Origin: Candidatus Hydrogenedentota bacterium
GTDB taxonomy: Bacteria; Hydrogenedentota; Hydrogenedentia; Hydrogenedentales; GCA-2746185
Assembly (NCBI GenBank): GCA_046583315.1
Contig: JAYGCN010000328.1
Location: forward strand, 1 to 15,316
DNA length: 15,316 bases
Direction: 5' to 3'
Position numbers and translations under genes: made by a program. Positions 7,746-14,546 of the stretch are shown here, piece after piece. The first letter of the stretch is position 1. Each line of letters opens with the position of its first letter. Under the pieces are notes generated by a model. The model was not told the origin of the DNA. It searched no databases and saw nothing but the letters and a program-made list of their open reading frames with translations.

Positions 7746-9703
7746 TTAATTGGCGATATGTTCCTGAATGAATTTCGCGGTGATGTAGAGCGCGAAGTCG
7801 GCGTTGGATTTTTTTCGGAAGCCGTGGCCTTCGTCGTTGGCGACGAGGTACCACACGGGTGTTTCGTTGACGCGCAGGGTCTCGACTATCTGATCGGATT
7901 CGCTCTTCGGCACACGCGGATCGTTTTTCCCCTGAATCACGAGCATGGGTTTGCGAATCAGGTGCGCGCTGGTGAGAGGCGCGGTGCGATCGAGGAACTC
8001 CGCATCTTCGGGTTGCGTTCGTCGCCGTATTCTACTCTGCGCAAATCACGTCGATAGCCCTGTGTGTTTTCGAGGAAGGTACGCAGGTTTGAGATGCCGA
8101 CAATGTCCACGGAGCACTTGATGCGGTCACTGTAATATGCCGACACGGCCAGGGTCATGAAACCGCCATAACTCCCCCCACGCACGACGACATTATCTTC
8201 GTCCAGAGTCGGTTCGTCTGCTATCCAGTCCAACAACGAATTGATGTCTTTGTAGGAATCCTCACGCTTGAAACCGTTGTCGAGTTGGAGGAAGGTCTTG
8301 CCATAACCGGACGAGCCGCGCACGTTGGGGTAGATGACGGTCATGCCGAGTTCTTGCACGAAGTAGTTGTTGCTGCCGAGATAACCGGGACGCGATTGGC
8401 CCTCAGGACCGCCATGAATCTGCATCAATACCGGCCGTTTCCCGGTGAATTTGGCCGGGGGACGATACAAAAAGCCCGTAATTTCAAGGCCATCGAAGCT
8501 TTTCCAGCTGATAAACTCAGGTTCGTTAAAGTTGTCTACATCGACCGATCCCGTCTCGCTATAGGTCCAACGGGCGACGTCACCGGTTTCCACGTTCACA
8601 CTGTAGGGATCACCGGGCGTATTTGCGGAGCGCAAGGTAAACCCGATGACGGGCTTGGTCGGGTGCCACTCGATTCCCGAAAGCGTGCCGACGGGAATAG
8701 ATGGGAAATCGATGATTTCGGACACGCTCGAACTGTATACCGCGCTGCGCAGATACAGTTTACCAATGCCGGCTTCGTTGGTCACGAATGCCAGGGTTTC
8801 TCCATCGGGCGACAGCTCGAATTGCGTTACGTCCCAGTCGATTTCCTCACTGGTCGTCTCAATGTATCCGCCATTGGTTCTCTCACGTGTCAGTTTGCGA
8901 AATTCGGATCGTTCGTCGGTGGTGATAAACAGCGATAGACCGTCCCGGTCGTAGAGTGCGCCGCGAATGGACACTTTTTCTTCGAGGGTTCGGTGGCTAA
9001 TTGGATATTTGGAGCCATCTTCGAGGGACACTCCCCAAATACTACTCTTGTTTGCAGAAACGTATTCGATCACCATGAGCCGCTCACCGTTAGGCGAGAA
9101 GTCGACCGCGCGCCAGCTGCCTCCATCGAGCCGAGCAAGGATGCGTTCCTCTTCGAGCCGCTCGGGATTGGTAAGGTAGAGTTCGGTAAATGCACCTTTT
9201 GTGTTGGCATCGACGCGGGAATAGACGAGTTGTGATCCGTCGCGACTCCATAACGGACTGCCGTTCCGTTTTTTCCCGTCGGACACCAGAGTCGCTTCGC
9301 GGGTGTTCATATCGAAGAGGTAAACCTGCTAGAACTCATCGCCGCCGGTGTCACGTACAAAGGCGAATGAATCGTTGTGGCCGGGTCTGATTGCCGCGCC
9401 GCGCACGGGTTCGGGGAAGAAGGTCAATTGCTCGCGTGCGCCACCCGGTTTTGATACGCGGTGAATTTGAGTGGCGTTGCCGAAGCGGGTGGTGATGAGC
9501 ATGCCGTCATCGCCGGGAAGCCATCCGGAAAAACCTGCCGATCGATATTCGCTGTAACGTCCGACGTTCCGGGCTAGATCGGTCGGGATGTCGGGTACGC
9601 CGCTCAACACGAGATTGGGTGTAGGGGCCACGACATCCTGGGCAAACGTGGTCGCGGCCAGGGATAGTAAAAGAATGGCCGAGGTAGTGAAAAGAAATCG
9701 CAT
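7746..9703 (-). pseudogene. S9 prolyl-oligopeptidase/acylaminoacyl-peptidase family gene disrupted by an in-frame TAG (9329-9331) and a 1-nt frameshift (~8000)
   Basis: Three ORF-track pieces join into one gene: signal peptide and beta-propeller start (9703-9329), same-frame continuation …GGDEF*QVYLFDMNTR… with IHGGPEGQ, PNVRGSSGYG and GGSYGG, then after adding one base at 8000-8001 …KMREFLDRTAPLTSAHLIRKPMLVIQGKNDPRVP…EGHGF. The repaired product is about 652 aa. Confidence 0.88.
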
Positions 9704-9741
9704 GATGGACTACTCCATTCAAGTACAAAGGTCAATAGTGC

Positions 9742-9770
9742 ACCCTATCACAGACCGAAATGTACGTCAA
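9742..9770 (-). promoter_or_regulatory. Candidate sigma70 promoter for the S9 peptidase gene
   Basis: Minus strand reads TTGACG (9770-9765), N17, TAGGGT (9747-9742) with an extended TG; GGAG RBS before ATG 9703. Confidence 0.45.
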
Positions 9771-9774
9771 TGAC

Positions 9775-10740
9775 CTACGTCGGCACGTCCACGCTTTCGA
9801 TGATGTGCTGGATCACTTCGGCGCAGGTGAGGCCCTCTTCGATAAAACTGTCGTGCAGAACCAGGCGGTGTTCCATGCAGGCGAGCGCCATTGAGCGAAC
9901 GTCTTCAGGGATAACGTGGTCGCGCCCCTCAAGCGCCGCTTTTGCGCGACTGGAAAGTACCAATCCTTGAGTCGCGCGCGGTCCGGCTCCGAGTCGTATC
10001 GAATTGTGATTGCGGGATCGGTGCGTGATGGCGACTGCGTATCGCACAAGTTCCGGAGTCATCACGATTTGGTCAAGTGCTTTTCGCATGAGCACGAGAC
10101 GCTCTGCCGAGAGTATCGGTTCGATGACTCCGCTTTCGACAATCCTGTCCGGGGCATTATCGGTGAGCGTCTTCTGACACAATGTGAATTCTTCCTCCAT
10201 GTTTGGATAGCCCATCGTGATTTTGAATAGAAATCGATCGCGTTGGGGTTCTGGAAGCGGAAATGTGCCTTGATAATCTCCAGGATTCAGCGTAGCGAAC
10301 ACCGTAAAGTTCGGGCTCAAGTCGTACGTTGTTCTATCAATGGTGACCTGATGTTCCTGCATGGCCTGAAGAAGCGCGGATTGTGATCGGGCGGGTGCAC
10401 GGTTGATTTCGTCGCCGAGCAGGAAGGTGGTGAATATCGGCCCCTTGACGAGTACGAATTCGTTCGTCTGCGGGTTGAATACTTTGGAACCGATGATGTC
10501 TGCGGGCGAAACATCCGGCGTGAATTGAACCCGATTGAATTCGCAGCCCAGGAGTTGGGCCAAGGTGCGCACGAGCAGGGTCTTGGCAACGCCGGGTGTT
10601 CCTTCGATAAGAACATGCCCTCCCGTAAAAATCGCTATCAAAGCGAGGTCGATCACATCACGCTGGCCTATGATAACTTTCCCGACCTGATGGCGCGCGT
10701 GCTTAAGCACCAACTGGATACCGTCAACCGATTCGCTCAC
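9775..10740 (-). CDS. moxR: MoxR-family AAA+ ATPase
   Basis: 321 aa. GHVLIEGTPGVAKT (Walker A), RVQFTPD, KGPIFT, LLGDEINR (Walker B), QSALLQAMQE, FPLPEPQRDRF, GAGPRA, GRDHVIPEDV. GTG start. Confidence 0.92.
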   Translation of the reverse strand: MSESVDGIQLVLKHARHQVGKVIIGQRDVIDLALIAIFTGGHVLIEGTPGVAKTLLVRTLAQLLGCEFNRVQFTPDVSPADIIGSKVFNPQTNEFVLVKGPIFTTFLLGDEINRAPARSQSALLQAMQEHQVTIDRTTYDLSPNFTVFATLNPGDYQGTFPLPEPQRDRFLFKITMGYPNMEEEFTLCQKTLTDNAPDRIVESGVIEPILSAERLVLMRKALDQIVMTPELVRYAVAITHRSRNHNSIRLGAGPRATQGLVLSSRAKAALEGRDHVIPEDVRSMALACMEHRLVLHDSFIEEGLTCAEVIQHIIESVDVPT

Positions 10741-10787
10741 GAGTTTTCATACCTTTCCCTGTACACCCTGATCGTAATGCGCAAGGT

Positions 10788-10816
10788 TTGTAGTTTGCGC
10801 CGCAGGTTTGTATGAT
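10788..10816 (+). promoter_or_regulatory. Candidate sigma70 promoter for the pentapeptide-repeat gene
   Basis: TTGTAG (10788-10793), N17, TATGAT (10811-10816), 24 nt before ATG 10841. Confidence 0.5.
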
Positions 10817-10840
10817 AGTCGATACCAAGAAGGAAATACT

Positions 10841-12631
10841 ATGGCTGATCAGGAGTGCCTCCGGATTATACGGCAGGGGGCCAAAGAGTGGAATTCGTGG
10901 CGCGGGCCGAGCAACTACACCAAAGTGGATCTCCGCGGCGTAAAGCTGGACAAGCTGGATCTCCAGGGAGTCAATCTGGAGTCTGCCGATCTCACAGGGG
11001 CTCATTTCAACGAAGCCGATTTGCGCGGTGCGAATCTCAGCAATGCTGTCTTAATAGAGGCGCAGTTGCGGGGTGCCAATCTGACAGGAGCGACGGTGAG
11101 CAATGCGAGCCTCATCTATGCCGATGTGCGAGACTGTATCTTGACGGATGCGAAACTCGATGGTGTTGACCTGAGCGACGCGCGGGTAGCGGGGCTGGAT
11201 TTCAGTAACGCCATTCTTGATGGCGCAAATTTGTCCAGCGCGCTGATGAGTAATATGACCTTCCGGAACGCCAAACTGCGCAATGCGGAGTTTCGCAAGT
11301 CGGTTATATTCGATTGTGATTTTTCCGGGGCCGATCTAGATGGGACGATTATGATTGGCGCGGATGCCAAAGGGGCGAATTTCAGCGACGCGATACTTGA
11401 TAATGCCAATCTAAGTGGCACCCGCATGCAAGGGGCCGATTTCTCAGGGGCATCCGTATCGAACGTCGACATGAAAGAGACGGAATTGGAGAATGCCAAG
11501 TTTCCCGGAGCCACTCTGAAAAAAACCGATCTGAGCAAACTCAATCTCGGTGGGTGTTCGTTTGAGGGCGCCGATCTGGAGGGTGCGTTATTGATAGGAA
11601 CGAATCTTACTGAGGCGAATCTCAATGGGGTGAATGCCCGCGGCGCGTCCTTTGAATCTGCCGAGCTGACGCGCGTCACGTTTTCTGCTGCGAAGCTTTC
11701 GAACGCCAATTTTGAAGCCGCGAAACTCGGTTTTGCAAATTTTGAGAGTGCTGATGTCACCAACGCGAATTTTTCCAACGCCAATCTTGTAGCAACGCAA
11801 CTGCACGATTCGAAGGGCTGGGAAACGGTCACTATGCAAGGAGCGGACGTCACCGGAGTCCTTGGAGCGCCGGCAGGTTTTCGTGAAAATGCGAAGGCAA
11901 ACGGCGCAGTTTTGGGGACTCCTGTAAAAATACTGGAGCAAGGGATCGGTCTCTGGAACCATTGGCGTGAAACGAGCAATACCGCACAATTGAAGCTTCG
12001 CGACACTGATTTGCGCTGGGCCGATCTACTCAATGGAAATTTTCACGGTGTCGATTTGCGTGGCTGTGACCTATCCGGGATGAGTCTGACCGGAACAAAC
12101 CTGCAATACGCGAACCTGAACGGTACCTTACTTGTAGGCACAAACTTTTCCGAATCCAAACTCGGAAAAACTAGCATGCATGCTGCCGATTTGCGAGAGG
12201 CTGATTTCTCGGGTCAAGATCTAAGGGCAGTGATCCTGTCTGGCGCAAATTTGACCCGTGCGCATCTCAACCAGGTCAATCTTCAAGGCGTAGACCTGCA
12301 GGGATGCAATCTCGAAAACGCCCAACTCCAACGTGCGGACTTACGGGGTGCCCAACTCCAAGGGGCGGTACTCGTCGGCACGAATCTTCAAGGCGCAAAT
12401 CTGAGCGGCTTGGACTTGTCGAATTTAGATTTCACCAATGCGAATCTGGCGGGAGCAAATCTCGCCGATTCAAGCATCGTGGGGTGCACGCTTACAGATA
12501 CTGTATTGGACGGGCTCGATCTTGAGAGCGTTGAGTACGACAACGCCAGCCTGAAGGATGCCAATCTTGACGGCGTAACGCTTCCACTCGCGAGTCGGCT
12601 AACCCGTATGTTGGGCCGTAAACGAAAGTAG
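10841..12631 (+). CDS. Large pentapeptide-repeat protein (~596 aa, two modules)
   Basis: Continuous A(D/N)(L/F)xx repeats. AAGGA RBS favours ATG 10841 (MADQECL…) over TTG 10808, which overlaps the predicted -10 box. Confidence 0.92.
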   Translation: MADQECLRIIRQGAKEWNSWRGPSNYTKVDLRGVKLDKLDLQGVNLESADLTGAHFNEADLRGANLSNAVLIEAQLRGANLTGATVSNASLIYADVRDCILTDAKLDGVDLSDARVAGLDFSNAILDGANLSSALMSNMTFRNAKLRNAEFRKSVIFDCDFSGADLDGTIMIGADAKGANFSDAILDNANLSGTRMQGADFSGASVSNVDMKETELENAKFPGATLKKTDLSKLNLGGCSFEGADLEGALLIGTNLTEANLNGVNARGASFESAELTRVTFSAAKLSNANFEAAKLGFANFESADVTNANFSNANLVATQLHDSKGWETVTMQGADVTGVLGAPAGFRENAKANGAVLGTPVKILEQGIGLWNHWRETSNTAQLKLRDTDLRWADLLNGNFHGVDLRGCDLSGMSLTGTNLQYANLNGTLLVGTNFSESKLGKTSMHAADLREADFSGQDLRAVILSGANLTRAHLNQVNLQGVDLQGCNLENAQLQRADLRGAQLQGAVLVGTNLQGANLSGLDLSNLDFTNANLAGANLADSSIVGCTLTDTVLDGLDLESVEYDNASLKDANLDGVTLPLASRLTRMLGRKRK

Positions 12632-12655
12632 TGCACGATAACGGGCATAATTCAC

Positions 12656-13669
12656 CTAATTCGTCTTTGCGGCGAGATCTGCGCGTTTCTTCAGGATATC
12701 CTGCACGATGCGTGTGCCGTGGTCGCGACTGTTCTCAATGAAGACGACGTTGGATTCCACGCCGGAACAGAGGGTCCCCATTACGTAGAGGCCGGGCACT
12801 GTGGTCTCCAGACCATCTGTGAGGGTTGGCTTCTTAGATTCAACATCGATTTCAGCACCGATACTTTGCAGGAGCGTCGTGTCGGGCTCGTAACCGGTCA
12901 TGGCGAGAATGAAGTCGGCTTCGAGTGAAATCACTCTACCATCCGAATCGCGGATCGTCAGGCCGTCTTCATCGATCGACAGTACCTCGGCATCCCGATA
13001 ACATCCGATCGAACCTTCCTTGATGCGGTTCTCGATATCCGGTTCTACCCAGAATTTCGTGTGGAATTTTTCGGACCGCAGAACAATGGTCACTTCGGTG
13101 TGGTCGCGCCAGAGTTCGAGCGCAATTTCGGCTGCCGAACTTCCCGCGCCAATCACGACGACTTTGTGGTCCGAATAATTGTGCGGCTCCGTGTAGGTAT
13201 GCGACACGTGGGGCAAATCTTCACCCGGCACGTTCAGCGGTCGCGGACTGTCATAGAATCCCGTGCCCGTGACGACGTTGCGCGTTTTCCAGACGTATAC
13301 CCGACCGAAGCGATCCCGTGCATGCACATGAAACAGGTCGTCCACTTTCTCGACCCCGGTCACCTTGCGGTAGGTATTGATCTTCAGGTCAAAATGCCGC
13401 GCAAAGGTCCGGCAATACTTCAGATACTCCTGCCGAGACGGGTTTTTCTCGGCGATGACCAACGGAAACCCGCATAATTCCAGCTTGTCGTAGGTCGAAA
13501 ACCAGCGCATGTACACGGGATGTTTCACCAACGCCCCGCATACCGGCCCCTTGTCAATGCCCACAGCCGACAGACCCGCCGCCTGCGCATCATGCAACGC
13601 CGCCAAGGCAGGAGGCCCCACGCCAATAATCACCAAATCCAGAATTTCGTCGAGTCCGTAGCTTTTCAT
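12656..13669 (-). CDS. ypdA: YpdA-family (bacillithiol disulfide reductase-like) FAD/NAD(P)H oxidoreductase
   Basis: 337 aa. FSTYDKLEL, PSRQEYLKY, TGFYD.PRPLNVPGEDLPHVSH, VVVIGAGSSA, WVEPDIENRIKEGSI, LAMTGYEPD and FIENSRDH match YpdA family blocks; no TrxR-type CxxC. Confidence 0.8.
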   Translation of the reverse strand: MKSYGLDEILDLVIIGVGPPALAALHDAQAAGLSAVGIDKGPVCGALVKHPVYMRWFSTYDKLELCGFPLVIAEKNPSRQEYLKYCRTFARHFDLKINTYRKVTGVEKVDDLFHVHARDRFGRVYVWKTRNVVTGTGFYDSPRPLNVPGEDLPHVSHTYTEPHNYSDHKVVVIGAGSSAAEIALELWRDHTEVTIVLRSEKFHTKFWVEPDIENRIKEGSIGCYRDAEVLSIDEDGLTIRDSDGRVISLEADFILAMTGYEPDTTLLQSIGAEIDVESKKPTLTDGLETTVPGLYVMGTLCSGVESNVVFIENSRDHGTRIVQDILKKRADLAAKTN

Positions 13670-13676
13670 GGGGGAT

Positions 13677-13685
13677 AGTGTATCA
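13677..13685 (-). promoter_or_regulatory. Extended -10 promoter, likely giving a leaderless ypdA transcript
   Basis: Minus strand reads TG-A-TACACT-ATCCCCC-ATG; no Shine-Dalgarno sequence upstream. Confidence 0.5.
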
Positions 13686-13709
13686 AATGTCCACCATTTG
13701 ACATCGGGC

Positions 13710-13738
13710 TTGCACTAACATTGGACGAGGCGTACTCT
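13710..13738 (+). promoter_or_regulatory. Candidate sigma70 promoter for the hydrolase-SDR pair
   Basis: TTGCAC (13710-13715), N17, TACTCT (13733-13738). Confidence 0.5.
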
Positions 13739-13768
13739 CTTTGGACAACCAATCACAAAGGAATTATC

Positions 13769-14512
13769 ATGCGTTTCGCTCTAACCACTCTTGTATTTTG
13801 TACCCTGGTTTTCGCCGCGTTGTCCGTTCATGCTGAAGCGTTGGGGAAATTCGTAGCACTCGAATCCAGAGTAGGATCTGAATCACGACAAGCCTCGTTG
13901 TATGTCCCTGCTGATTATGACGCAAAACGCGCCTATCCTCTCATTGTTTTTCTTCACGGCTCTGGTGAGCGCGGGGATGATGGCGTGAGTCAGACCGAGG
14001 TGGGTATTGGTAAGGCAATTCGCGACAATCCGGAGCGATTCCCGTGCTTGGTGCTGATGCCGCAGTGCGCGAGTGATGACAGTTGGGTGAATCGTCCGGG
14101 ACGTGACGGATCGACAGCGCACGCGCATATCACTGCGGCGATAGAACAGGTCATCAAGGAATGCTCCGTGGATGAGGATCGCATTTCGTTGACGGGCTTG
14201 TCGATGGGTGGAGGCGGCACGAATTCCTATGGCGCGGCAAACGTGGATCGCTTCGCGGCGTTTATGCCTGTGTGCGGTCGCGGCACCAAACGCTTCGCCA
14301 GGGAAATGTCCGAGCGACCGATGTGGGCCTTTCATGGTGACGCGGATAACGTCATCCCGATTCACACTTCTCAGATGATGGTCGAAACAGTCAACGAAGC
14401 GGGTGGCGATGCAAGGCTGACCACCTACCCCGGCGTCGGCCATAATTCGTGGGACCGGGCATATTCGAAGGAGCAAGGTGCCGTCGAGTGGTTGTTGGAG
14501 CAGAAACGGTAA
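13769..14512 (+). CDS. Secreted alpha/beta hydrolase (predicted esterase/peptidase, COG4099-like)
   Basis: AAAGGA RBS before ATG 13769; signal peptide …SVHA; YPLIVFLHGSGERG, nucleophile motif TGLSMGG, WAFHGDAD (Asp), YPGVGHNSW (His). Confidence 0.87.
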   Translation: MRFALTTLVFCTLVFAALSVHAEALGKFVALESRVGSESRQASLYVPADYDAKRAYPLIVFLHGSGERGDDGVSQTEVGIGKAIRDNPERFPCLVLMPQCASDDSWVNRPGRDGSTAHAHITAAIEQVIKECSVDEDRISLTGLSMGGGGTNSYGAANVDRFAAFMPVCGRGTKRFAREMSERPMWAFHGDADNVIPIHTSQMMVETVNEAGGDARLTTYPGVGHNSWDRAYSKEQGAVEWLLEQKR

Positions 14513-14546
14513 TGGTGCACTTTTAATTCCTTTGCGAGGAGCGTAT

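Noticed and set aside
6844..7854. 336-aa antisense ORF over the acyl-CoA ligase
   Set aside because: It overlaps a well-supported gene on the opposite strand almost entirely and has no family motifs.
7990..8010. Programmed ribosomal frameshift in the peptidase
   Set aside because: No X-XXY-YYZ slippery site or evident stimulatory structure; a simple deletion or sequencing error explains it.
9329..9331. Genome-wide amber recoding or pyrrolysine insertion in the peptidase
   Set aside because: TAG is the normal terminator of 7 genes in this window, no pyl genes are visible, and the same gene also carries a frameshift.
11116..12033. 305-aa antisense ORF inside the pentapeptide gene
   Set aside because: It is a shadow of repetitive codons on the coding strand, Ser/Ala/Arg-rich, with no recognisable motifs.
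10900..12580. CRISPR array or tandem DNA repeat
   Set aside because: The 15-nt periodicity comes from pentapeptide coding with degenerate codons; there are no identical repeats with unique spacers and no cas genes.
9775..12631. Known anti-phage defence system
   Set aside because: No TIR, nuclease, vWA or other effector domain is visible, and there is no mobile-element or defence-island context.
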